64,000 nucleotides of DNA from a virus. Lineage: Duplodnaviria; Caudoviricetes. Shown piece by piece: positions 1 through 7,945 of this stretch (its first letter is position 1; every line of letters begins with the position of its first letter). Location: the IMG/VR virus record IMGVR_UViG_3300021962_000022. One strand, given 5' to 3'. The notes beneath the pieces were generated by a model. The model did not search any database and was not told the DNA's origin. It worked only from the letters and a program-made list of their open reading frames with translations. The translations under genes were made by a program, and so were the position numbers.

Positions 1-80
1 GAAACGTAATAAAATCAATGGTTTATGAACGCCAACCAATATCGGGAGCTGCGCATGAGCTGCGTTTGCGCTGCTCTTTC

Positions 81-215
81 TTACATCATATCATCTAAAA
101 ATCTATTTCGGTATTCTTCTTCATCTTTTTTTATTTCCTTATGTAATCTATACATGTAATAAAGAACAACGAATAAACCTTCAATCCATAATGTGTATAT
201 AATTCCTTCTATCAT
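81..215 (-). CDS. small membrane peptide (hypothetical)
   Basis: ORF from the internal ATG (MIEGIIYTLW...), one hydrophobic segment plus a charged tail. Confidence 0.35.
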   Translation of the reverse strand: MIEGIIYTLWIEGLFVVLYYMYRLHKEIKKDEEEYRNRFLDDMM

Positions 216-300
216 AGTAATAAGTATGTCTTGGATACGATGACCGTCGTCAGGTGGAAAATAGTTTGGCAACAAAGTTTGAAAAAAAGTAAAAAAAAAA

Positions 301-331
301 TTTGTTTATACAAAATATAGATTTATATTTG
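301..331 (+). promoter_or_regulatory. Bacteroidota-type promoter
   Basis: TTTG-N19-TATATTTG upstream of the 352 operon. Confidence 0.85.
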
Positions 332-351
332 TACCATAAAACATTCAAAAA

Positions 352-630
352 ATGAAAAAGAACAAAGTAACAACCAAGAAGAAACACACCTTACTAAAAG
401 GTGAAGGTATGAACCAACACACTCTCTATGGTGAGTTTGTGATTGACGAACCTCAAACAGATTTCGCAGATGTTGGGGTTAAAGAGGATAGTGTTTTAAG
501 ACACGAACAACCAGACGGAAGTTTCTCAAACGAACATAAACCACTCAAAGTTGAAAAGGGTGATTGGGTTATGGGGAAACAAGTTGAATACAATCCTTTT
601 GAAGGTCGTGTAACTCAAATTTGGGACTAA
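352..630 (+). CDS. conserved small beta-rich His-motif protein
   Basis: GEGxNxH...LxHE...EH...QVEYNP pattern; first gene after a promoter. Confidence 0.75.
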   Translation: MKKNKVTTKKKHTLLKGEGMNQHTLYGEFVIDEPQTDFADVGVKEDSVLRHEQPDGSFSNEHKPLKVEKGDWVMGKQVEYNPFEGRVTQIWD

Positions 631-632
631 CT

Positions 633-1037
633 ATGGCGAACCCACTAATTCACTCAAAGTCCAGCGTTAAGCGTTGGGGTGGTAAGGTAGAAGATTATCT
701 ACCTATCCACGAACTTATTGATAGTCCGAAGGCGACAATGAACAATAATAGTTCTCGTTTATTAACCCATAACACTTGGTTCGCCTACACTATCATTCCA
801 AAGATTTTTGGTTACAACATTGTTAATAGCGACGGAAAGTCAGTTGATGTCGTTGATATTGCGATGTTACATATCGCCGAAGATTTCAGAATGAAGTTTG
901 TTCCAACCCCACAAGATTACCTTAAACATTTAGAAGTTCAACCCTGGATGTGTAATGGGGTAAAGGACTTGGACAACCCCGAAGCGTACGAAGTAGTTAA
1001 ACAATTAAACCAAAAAATCCACGAATATGCAAACTAA
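633..1037 (+). CDS. DUF6915-like protein
   Basis: MANPLIHSKSSVKRWGG...EDYLPIH...HxxEDF motifs (family name recalled); ATG at 633 preferred. Confidence 0.7.
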   Translation: MANPLIHSKSSVKRWGGKVEDYLPIHELIDSPKATMNNNSSRLLTHNTWFAYTIIPKIFGYNIVNSDGKSVDVVDIAMLHIAEDFRMKFVPTPQDYLKHLEVQPWMCNGVKDLDNPEAYEVVKQLNQKIHEYAN

Positions 1038-1677
1038 CGAAGCAATCGCACTCTGGAAAGAGTTAGGTATTACAACCGCAAATATGGAGTTTTCCTGCGG
1101 TGGTGATAGTATGAATGATTACCACTTTTCATTCTACAATTCCGAAAACAAAGAAGTACAAAGTGGGGAACTTGAAAGTTTCTTTGATGATGATGTATTC
1201 AAAAGAGTTGAGTTCTATGTCAATTCTGATGGACACTACATTGGTGAGTCTGGTAATGTCAGTATTGAACTAAGCGAAGATGAGGAAAACCCCGATTTTG
1301 TGTATTACAAGAATGCACAAGCCGAATGGTCAGAGAGTTTTACTGATGAAGTTGCCGTTGAACTAACAGAGAAAGAAGTTGAGTTCGTCAGAAGTAAAGT
1401 CCTCAATTTGGTTGGCAGCCAAGATGGTAATGCGATTAACTATAAAGGTGATTGTATCTTAAACAATGAGGAAGAACAAATTTCTGACACTATATCACAA
1501 AAGATTAGTGATGTTGTAATGAACCACGAATTTGAAAACGCAGAGGGTGATGAAGAAGAGTGGTTTCAATATAACACAGATGAGGTTGATAGTGATGTAT
1601 TACCTAAAATTGTGGGTAACACACTATTCGTTTCCTTAACAAAACAATTTTTGGTTTATACTGATAGTGAACTATAA
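1027..1677 (+). CDS. acidic protein, DUF6878-like N-terminus
   Basis: FSCGGDS motif; very Glu/Asp rich; overlaps the upstream stop. Confidence 0.65.
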   Translation: MQTNEAIALWKELGITTANMEFSCGGDSMNDYHFSFYNSENKEVQSGELESFFDDDVFKRVEFYVNSDGHYIGESGNVSIELSEDEENPDFVYYKNAQAEWSESFTDEVAVELTEKEVEFVRSKVLNLVGSQDGNAINYKGDCILNNEEEQISDTISQKISDVVMNHEFENAEGDEEEWFQYNTDEVDSDVLPKIVGNTLFVSLTKQFLVYTDSEL

Positions 1678-1689
1678 AAAATTAAAGAG

Positions 1690-2379
1690 ATGAAAATAAT
1701 AATTGAAAACACTCGTTTTGACTACAACATTGGTTGTCGTTTATTGAAAACAAAATATCGTAATGTTCCTTTCAAAGGTTTGGAAGATATTTGGGAAGAT
1801 ATTGTTCCTATTACTTTCAAAGAAATTACAAAGGAACTTGAAAACATTGAACAACGAAGAATTGCGATAGGTTGTTTGGGTTTGGAAAACATTTACAAAG
1901 AAGTGAACCCAAAATTGGTAGGTTCAAAAACTATTTCAAAGGAAACCTTTTGGGTTGGTGAGAATAGTGAACTTATCAAAAACAACTTTGAGGACACCTA
2001 CGAACTTTATGAAGTAAAAGGAGATGTTTGGGGTGAAGGTTCAGACTTTGGTTGGCGGAAACCCGAAGATGTTTACTTTGTGAAGTGTAAGGACACATCA
2101 ACCGATAGAGAGTATTTTATTTGGGTGGACGCACAAAGTGTTTATCGTACTAACAACCCTAACCAATGGTTGTCAAGTAGTTCCAATTTCAGTAAAGAGA
2201 TTAACCCAATTCAAGCAATTGCGTGGACAATTCAAACAGACATCAAAGAAGGTGGTATTGAGAAAATTGTTCGTCAAGGTGATTGTGTTCTTATCAAAAA
2301 GAAAAAGAATAGTGAAAGAGGTTCGGTTAGACACTTAACTGAAAAAGAATACTTGAAGTTATTGGTCGCAGAAAGTTAA
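1690..2379 (+). CDS. DUF6745-related conserved protein
   Basis: EQRRIA...YELY...CKDTSTDREY...AIAWT...RQGD motifs (family name recalled). Confidence 0.65.
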   Translation: MKIIIENTRFDYNIGCRLLKTKYRNVPFKGLEDIWEDIVPITFKEITKELENIEQRRIAIGCLGLENIYKEVNPKLVGSKTISKETFWVGENSELIKNNFEDTYELYEVKGDVWGEGSDFGWRKPEDVYFVKCKDTSTDREYFIWVDAQSVYRTNNPNQWLSSSSNFSKEINPIQAIAWTIQTDIKEGGIEKIVRQGDCVLIKKKKNSERGSVRHLTEKEYLKLLVAES

Positions 2380-2400
2380 TTGGTTTGGTTTATTGGTTAG

Positions 2401-2428
2401 AACCCCCGCAGAAATGTGGGGGTTTTTT
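2401..2428 (+). terminator. intrinsic terminator, repeated family
   Basis: AACCCCCGCAGAAATGTGGGGGTTTTTT hairpin plus T-tract. Confidence 0.9.
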
Positions 2429-2467
2429 ATTGCTCACAACAGAAGACCAGTCAACAACACCAGGTCC

Positions 2468-2530
2468 TGATTTTGTTTGGCGTTCCGTAAAGTATTGATT
2501 TTATTAGGTTTCTATATGCCAAACAAATTT
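2468..2530. repeat. inverted motif pair with 36-bp spacer
   Basis: TTTGTTTGGC(2481)-N36-(2518)GCCAAACAAA with internal TAAAGTATTGATTTTATTAGG. Confidence 0.85.
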
Positions 2531-2640
2531 CCCTGGAGCGGCATCTGGGCGATTCCAGGTCTTTCTGCTAGTTTTACTGGTTTAACCAGCGCTGTTAGCT
2601 GGTCTTCTATAATTTGATTGGCGAAAAAGTATAAAAAAAT

Positions 2641-2671
2641 TTTGTTTATATTAGAATAGATACTATATTTG
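2641..2671 (+). promoter_or_regulatory. Bacteroidota-type promoter
   Basis: TTTG-N19-TATATTTG. Confidence 0.85.
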
Positions 2672-2696
2672 TATAAACCAATTAAAACAACACGTT

Positions 2697-3104
2697 ATGT
2701 ACGAATCAGTCAAAGAGTATTATCAGTTCTTAAATGAATTGAAAAAACAAAAGGAAGAGTTCCTTTTAAAAACAAAAGAAAGTGTTCTTCAACAAATGGA
2801 TGTTTTTATGTCCGAACATGGTTGGACACGAAAGAATGGGGGTAAAGATAGAAAATTTACTCAAAAAGTATTCTACACCAAAAAGTTCAATGGTAAAGAT
2901 ATCGTAATTGAGTATCGTTGTAACTACCAAGATGATTTTGTTGATGGTGGTTTACCCGAATTTTCACACGACAAGTCAATTCCCACTAGTATTGAAAAGT
3001 TGCAAATGGGTTACTTTCATTGGAACGACCACGATACAAGTGGTTGGAGTTTAGATGTGGTAATGGAACGGATGGAAGTCTTTTATGACAAGTACACCAA
3101 GTAA
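2697..3104 (+). CDS. hypothetical protein
   Basis: monocistronic ORF between a promoter and a terminator. Confidence 0.8.
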   Translation: MYESVKEYYQFLNELKKQKEEFLLKTKESVLQQMDVFMSEHGWTRKNGGKDRKFTQKVFYTKKFNGKDIVIEYRCNYQDDFVDGGLPEFSHDKSIPTSIEKLQMGYFHWNDHDTSGWSLDVVMERMEVFYDKYTK

Positions 3105-3108
3105 CTTG

Positions 3109-3138
3109 AAACCCTCACAGAAATGTGGGGGTTTTTTA
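3109..3138 (+). terminator. intrinsic terminator, repeated family
   Basis: AACCCTCACAGAAATGTGGGGGTTTTTT. Confidence 0.9.
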
Positions 3139-3204
3139 TTTACCACAGATGTTGGTGACCCCGGTTCAGGGTGGATTTAGGTTGGCAACAAAGTTTAAAA
3201 TAAA

Positions 3205-3236
3205 TTTGGATTATAAAAGTATTCGTATTATATTTG
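3205..3236 (+). promoter_or_regulatory. Bacteroidota-type promoter
   Basis: TTTG-N20-TATATTTG. Confidence 0.85.
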
Positions 3237-3256
3237 TATTATAAATCAACAAGGAC

Positions 3257-3475
3257 ATGATAAAATCAATTAATGAAAAACAGAGTGGGGTTGAGATTGA
3301 CCTCACAGGACCTGAAGGGAACGCGTTCGTTCTTATCGGGTACGCGGGTAAATGGGCGAAACAACTTGGATTGGACTCCAAAAAAATTCAGGAGGAGATG
3401 ATGAGTGGGGATTACGAGAATTTGATTGGCGTAATTGAAAAGTATTTCGGTGAATATGTAACTCTTTATCGTTAA
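3257..3475 (+). CDS. conserved phage hypothetical protein
   Basis: IDLTGPEGNAF...SGDYENL motif recalled from phage proteins. Confidence 0.8.
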   Translation: MIKSINEKQSGVEIDLTGPEGNAFVLIGYAGKWAKQLGLDSKKIQEEMMSGDYENLIGVIEKYFGEYVTLYR

Positions 3476-3479
3476 TCAT

Positions 3480-3683
3480 ATGGCGAAGAAAATTCAAATA
3501 TTGTCACCCGATGGGTTCACCCTTGAAAGGGATGTTCCCTACTACAAGTCGCACAGAGCTGCGGCGGAGGCATTCGCAAAATGGAAAAAAGGTTATGAAA
3601 CCCAAGGTTATTATTCTTCCGTAAAGTATGGACGAATTCACTTAAGTGACCTTGAAGATTATTGTCAACTTAATTATTTGTAA
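3480..3683 (+). CDS. hypothetical protein
   Basis: tightly packed ORF in operon. Confidence 0.75.
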   Translation: MAKKIQILSPDGFTLERDVPYYKSHRAAAEAFAKWKKGYETQGYYSSVKYGRIHLSDLEDYCQLNYL

Positions 3684-3688
3684 AAACC

Positions 3689-4009
3689 ATGAAAAACTAC
3701 AATCAACTCTGCGTATGGGAGGGAACTCTCGTAGGAAAAGACCAAGTAAAAGATTTCGAAAAATTCTTCAAAGAAGAAATGGGTACTCGAGTAAAGTACT
3801 TGGAAGAAATTGAAACACAACCAACACCTGGTGAACCTGATACAGGTGGACGTAACGATGTGTTCTTCTATGTACACAATGAGGACATTGATAAATTTGC
3901 AATACCTCGTTTGTCTATGGGTATTCGTTGGTGGGAGGATGTATTACGTAATGGTAATGGTGTTTTGTATACCGAAGATGTGTTGGAGAAATATCCGATG
4001 ACCTGGTAA
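3689..4009 (+). CDS. hypothetical protein
   Basis: tightly packed ORF in operon. Confidence 0.75.
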   Translation: MKNYNQLCVWEGTLVGKDQVKDFEKFFKEEMGTRVKYLEEIETQPTPGEPDTGGRNDVFFYVHNEDIDKFAIPRLSMGIRWWEDVLRNGNGVLYTEDVLEKYPMTW

Positions 4010-4038
4010 TCCCTCGAAATTGGTTGGCAAAAAACAAC

Positions 4039-4068
4039 TTGTAGAATAAAATAATAATTATACATTTG
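4039..4068 (+). promoter_or_regulatory. Bacteroidota-type promoter
   Basis: TTG-N19-TACATTTG. Confidence 0.75.
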
Positions 4069-4083
4069 TAAAAAACTAAACGT

Positions 4084-4335
4084 ATGACAAACCAAGAATT
4101 AACCACGTATTGGGTAAACCAATGTGAGAAAGTCCTAAAGGGACGTGTTATTAAATCAGTTCGTTATCTTACTGATGAGGAAATGGAACTTATGGGTTGG
4201 TACAAAAGACCTATTTGTTTTGAATTGGACAACGGAACACTTTGTATTCCTTCAATGGATGATGAGGGTAATGATGGTGGAAGTTTGTTCTATCAAGAAA
4301 AAGGTAAGGAACTTGATGTATTACCTGTAATCTAA
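4084..4335 (+). CDS. conserved phage hypothetical protein
   Basis: GRVIKSVRYLT...DDEGNDGGSLF motif. Confidence 0.8.
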   Translation: MTNQELTTYWVNQCEKVLKGRVIKSVRYLTDEEMELMGWYKRPICFELDNGTLCIPSMDDEGNDGGSLFYQEKGKELDVLPVI

Positions 4336-4378
4336 AAAACACTTGATAAGTTAAAAAAGAATGTGTAAGTTTTTGATA

Positions 4379-4448
4379 GATTACATTTCATAGTTGTAAT
4401 TTGTGTTTGGTTTGACACTTAAAGGGGTTCTACGGAATCCCTTTTTTT
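4379..4448 (+). ncRNA. candidate small RNA (about 70 nt)
   Basis: near-consensus promoter TTG(4343)-N20-TAAGTTT, no + strand ORF, own terminator at 4421-4448. Confidence 0.4.
4421..4448 (+). terminator. intrinsic terminator
   Basis: AAAGGGGTTC-TACG-GAATCCCTTTTTTT. Confidence 0.85.
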
Positions 4449-4536
4449 ATGTCTAAATCTTTAAAAATCAATCACTTATAATCCACCAGGCGGGACGACT
4501 GGACGATTTTGTTTGGCAAAAAACACTAGTATTTTA

Positions 4537-4660
4537 TTTGTATATTCTTAAAATCTTTATTATGTTTGTCATACATAAAGTCAAAGATGTATGTGGAAAA
4601 ACTTTTTTGAAAAAAACTTTAAAAAAAATTTGGAAAAAAAGAAAAACTATTATATCTTTG
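4537..4660 (+). promoter_or_regulatory. tandem Bacteroidota-type promoters of the ParB-like gene
   Basis: TTTG(4537)-N20-TATGTTTG and TTTG(4629)-N20-TATCTTTG. Confidence 0.8.
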
Positions 4661-4701
4661 TACCCGAAATTAAATCATTTAACTTTTAATTCAGAAACGA
4701 C

Positions 4702-5454
4702 ATGACAAAAAATGTTCAAGTAAAGTTCACCCAAAATTTGGGTATGTTCAAACTTCACAACGTAAATCGTGAGGTTGACACTCCACGCGTTAAGCGTATT
4801 ACCGACTCAATGAAGAAAGACGGATTAAAACTCGTCCCAATCATTGTTAACTCTAACTATGTTGTAGTTGACGGACAACACCGACTAACTGCAGCAAAAG
4901 AAGCGGGTAAAGGAATCTACTTTATTGTAGATGTTACTATCCCGAACACTACGAAAGGAATCTTTGAAGCCGCACGTAAGTTCAATCAGAACATGAAAGA
5001 GTGGGGTAAGAAAGATTACATTCACGGGTTCTCTGAACAAGGAAACAAATCCTACAAAACTTTGGAGGATTTTTCAAAAGAGTTCCCAATGTTCTCATTG
5101 ACTGAACGAATTATGTTACTTCAAAATTCGGGTACTCGTCATGTGGACAAACAAGATTTCGCCGATGGAAAGTTTATCGTGGGTGATATGGATAAGGCGA
5201 AAGAATGGGCGAACAACCTACTTCAACTCAAACCTTACTTTGAAAAGGGTTACAACAAATCAGTATTTGTTCGTACACTTCTTACCATTATGGAAAAGAA
5301 GACCGACTTCAAGTTTGAGGAGTTTCTTCACAAAGTAAAACTTCGTCCAAGTTCAATCTTTATGTGTGGTGATAAAAAATCATACGCGGAAATGATTGAG
5401 GACATTTACAACTATAAGCGTCGTACTGACGAAAAGTTGAATCTTCGTTTCTGA
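4702..5454 (+). CDS. ParB/Sulfiredoxin N-terminal domain protein
   Basis: PIIVN...VVDGQHRLTAA motif followed by a helical C-terminal region. Confidence 0.8.
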   Translation: MTKNVQVKFTQNLGMFKLHNVNREVDTPRVKRITDSMKKDGLKLVPIIVNSNYVVVDGQHRLTAAKEAGKGIYFIVDVTIPNTTKGIFEAARKFNQNMKEWGKKDYIHGFSEQGNKSYKTLEDFSKEFPMFSLTERIMLLQNSGTRHVDKQDFADGKFIVGDMDKAKEWANNLLQLKPYFEKGYNKSVFVRTLLTIMEKKTDFKFEEFLHKVKLRPSSIFMCGDKKSYAEMIEDIYNYKRRTDEKLNLRF

Positions 5455-5478
5455 CTTTAAGTTTTAGGGTTAGTAATT

Positions 5479-5508
5479 GGGGGTGACCGAAAGGTTATCC
5501 CCTTTTTT
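5479..5508 (+). terminator. intrinsic terminator
   Basis: GGGGGTGACC-GAAA-GGTTATCCCCTTTTTT. Confidence 0.9.
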
Positions 5509-5660
5509 ATGCGAAAAATTCACAAGATGTTCTCACCTGTCGACGGATTCTGGATGTTGTTTGGCGTAGTTTTCAACACACAAATGTTTGTAATCCAATA
5601 AAAAAGACACTTTTTGTTTAATGTTTGACTAAAAAAACCTGAACAAAATAAAAATATTTG

Positions 5661-5691
5661 TTGTTTTTAGAAAATATTCTTATTACCTTTG
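5661..5691 (+). promoter_or_regulatory. Bacteroidota-type promoter
   Basis: TTG-N20-TACCTTTG. Confidence 0.7.
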
Positions 5692-5714
5692 TACCATACT
5701 TCAAAAACTTGAAT

Positions 5715-6086
5715 ATGATAAAAAAACCAAGAAAGACTACGGCTAATTCTCTGAAGAAGTCTTTACACGAAATTCGTGAATGCCTTAATGAGAGTTTACC
5801 AAACTTTGAGAAGAAAGAAATGGTGGGAATTAAGTTCTCAAGAGTTGGTACTCGTTATCACATCGAAAATGCACCAGTTCCTCCTACCGATAAGATTGGT
5901 GTACAGCTTGAACGTTCTTTCAATGATTTTATGCGTAAGCTGAAAGTAAACTATGGTGGAATGAAGCTGGAAGGTTCAATGGTTATGGGAACTAAAGCTG
6001 ACATGTTTTTGGTTGGCTACAATAACTTTGAGCGTAAAGGTAAAAACCTCACCAAAAAGGGACATTCAATAGAAGGAGTTCTGTAA
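5715..6086 (+). CDS. basic hypothetical protein
   Basis: ATG at 5715 lies downstream of the promoter; the longer TTG start overlaps it. Confidence 0.75.
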   Translation: MIKKPRKTTANSLKKSLHEIRECLNESLPNFEKKEMVGIKFSRVGTRYHIENAPVPPTDKIGVQLERSFNDFMRKLKVNYGGMKLEGSMVMGTKADMFLVGYNNFERKGKNLTKKGHSIEGVL

Positions 6087-6116
6087 TTAGTATATTGATT
6101 TAATGTTCGGTTCAAG

Positions 6117-6147
6117 AAGCCCTCGCAGAAATGTGGGGGTTTTTTTA
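6117..6147 (+). terminator. intrinsic terminator, repeated family
   Basis: AAGCCCTCGCAGAAATGTGGGGGTTTTTTT. Confidence 0.85.
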
Positions 6148-6209
6148 TGCCTGAAGATTTCGAGTCACGGTTCAGGACGGATTTAGGTTGGCAACAAAGT
6201 AGAAAAAAG

Positions 6210-6241
6210 TTTGGTAAAAAGAAATAATTATTATATTTTTG
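6210..6241 (+). promoter_or_regulatory. Bacteroidota-type promoter
   Basis: TTTG-N20-TATTTTTG; about 60 bp nearly identical to the 9562 promoter region. Confidence 0.8.
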
Positions 6242-6265
6242 TATATGAATTTAAAAATGAAAGAC

Positions 6266-6700
6266 ATGAAAACAATATTTGCAAGTTTGTTGTTCACTTT
6301 AGTAACAACCACGTCAATGGCTCAAATGATGAAACCTGAGTATGATTGGAATAACTTTGATGAGAAATCTTATCAACTCCACAAAAAGGAATTGAATCAG
6401 TATTATGATTCTAAAAAAGAGGAAGTAATCAAAGAATATAGTTCTGGTTGGAGAACTATTGATTATACTGAATCTAAAAAAGTAGATTTGGAAATAATTG
6501 AAGTTGACAGAAAAGCGGATTTGGATGAATTGGAATTATATTACAAATTAGAAAACGAATCATCTTTCGAAAAAATGATTAGAAGTATTAAAGTATTTCG
6601 AAATTCAGTAACATTCAAATATGGTGTTCTACCGATTTCAATAGGATTTTTGTTAGGTATTCTACTCGTGGTTTTTCGAAAGACGACAAGTAAAATATAA
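6266..6700 (+). CDS. exported protein with C-terminal membrane anchor
   Basis: signal-peptide-like MKTIFASLLFTLVTTTSMAQ; C-terminal hydrophobic helix. Confidence 0.7.
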   Translation: MKTIFASLLFTLVTTTSMAQMMKPEYDWNNFDEKSYQLHKKELNQYYDSKKEEVIKEYSSGWRTIDYTESKKVDLEIIEVDRKADLDELELYYKLENESSFEKMIRSIKVFRNSVTFKYGVLPISIGFLLGILLVVFRKTTSKI

Positions 6701-6704
6701 TCAT

Positions 6705-6733
6705 AACCCTCACAGAAATGTGGGGGTTTTTTT
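6705..6733 (+). terminator. intrinsic terminator, repeated family
   Basis: AACCCTCACAGAAATGTGGGGGTTTTTTT. Confidence 0.9.
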
Positions 6734-6834
6734 ATGTCTGAAATTTTCAGGATACTGTTCAGGATGGATTTAGTTTGGCGTGGGCCAACCAATATCCAGA
6801 ATCCGTCGACAGGTGAAAAAAAAATAAAAATAAA

Positions 6835-6866
6835 TTTGGAATATAAAAATATTCGTTTTATATTTG
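6835..6866 (+). promoter_or_regulatory. Bacteroidota-type promoter
   Basis: TTTG-N20-TATATTTG. Confidence 0.85.
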
Positions 6867-6887
6867 TATTGTTAAACCAATACTATT

Positions 6888-7658
6888 ATGAAATATAGAA
6901 ACAAGACCCAAGCAAAAAGAGAAACGGGAATCAATTATTTAGGTTCTGTTAACATGACTACTAAACACGCTAAGGCGTATAAGTATGATGAATTAACCTA
7001 CAGTCTTTACCTCGCACCCGCAAAGTTGAGTGGTTATGAGGTTTGTCCTACGAGGAATAAAGAGTGTACCGCACTATGTTTAAACGAATCTGGTATGAAT
7101 CGTATGAACATGAATAATGACATGATTACTGAAAGTAGGATTAAAAAGACAAAATTGTTTTTTGAACAACGTCAGTATTTTATGGAATGGATGGTTGAAG
7201 AAATTATCACCGCAAAAAATAAGGCGGAAAAATTAGGTTTTCACTTCAGTGTTCGTTTAAATAACACTTCAGACATTACACCCGAATCCTTTCATATGGA
7301 TGTAAACGGCGAAAGAAAAAACATTTTACAATTGTTTCCCGATGTTACTTTTTATGATTACACCAAAGTACCGAAGAGAGTTGAACTTGTTAAAAAGTAT
7401 ACCAACTATGATTTGACATTTTCATTTAGTGGAGACAACTTCACCGATTGTGTAAACATGTTGAATGGTGGAGTAAGAGTTGCGGTTGTTTTCAAAAAAG
7501 AATTACCAAAAACATTTTGGGGTAGAAAGGTTATCGATGGTGACTTATATGATATGAGATATCGAGATGAGAAAGATGTTATTGTGGGGTTAAAGTATAA
7601 AGTCACACGAAAACGACCCGATAAAAATAGCAAGTTTGTAGTAGACCCCTCACAATGA
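6888..7658 (+). CDS. Gp88-like protein with Cys cluster
   Basis: LYLAP...VCP-x5-C-x3-CL...RLNNTSDI...FYDYTK...IDGD..D.R motifs (family name recalled). Confidence 0.6.
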   Translation: MKYRNKTQAKRETGINYLGSVNMTTKHAKAYKYDELTYSLYLAPAKLSGYEVCPTRNKECTALCLNESGMNRMNMNNDMITESRIKKTKLFFEQRQYFMEWMVEEIITAKNKAEKLGFHFSVRLNNTSDITPESFHMDVNGERKNILQLFPDVTFYDYTKVPKRVELVKKYTNYDLTFSFSGDNFTDCVNMLNGGVRVAVVFKKELPKTFWGRKVIDGDLYDMRYRDEKDVIVGLKYKVTRKRPDKNSKFVVDPSQ

Positions 7659-7669
7659 GGGGTTTTTTT
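7645..7669 (+). terminator. intrinsic terminator overlapping the stop codon
   Basis: ACCCCTCA-CAA-TGAGGGGT plus T-tract. Confidence 0.85.
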
Positions 7670-7711
7670 ATGCTTAAGCGCAGCTGTGCTGCTGGTTGCG
7701 CGCTGGCCCCT

Positions 7712-7773
7712 AATTTAGTTTGGCGTGAGTAAAGTGTTGATTTTATTAGGGTTGTGTAACGCCAAACAAAATC
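7712..7773. repeat. inverted motif pair with 36-bp spacer
   Basis: TTAGTTTGGC(7724)-N36-(7761)GCCAAACAAA with internal TAAAGTGTTGATTTTATTAGG. Confidence 0.85.
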
Positions 7774-7894
7774 GACCTGGAAGCTGCGCTGTTGCAGCTG
7801 GTGAGCAGCTGGTGAAAAACTAGCTATTTGCTCTGGTTACTGTCGTTCAGGGCTGGGATGGTAAAAATAGTTTGGCAACAAAGTTTAAAAAATA

Positions 7895-7926
7895 TTTGGA
7901 ATATAAAATTATTCATATTATATTTG
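7895..7926 (+). promoter_or_regulatory. Bacteroidota-type promoter
   Basis: TTTG-N20-TATATTTG. Confidence 0.85.
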
Positions 7927-7945
7927 TATCCTAAATCAATTAAAA

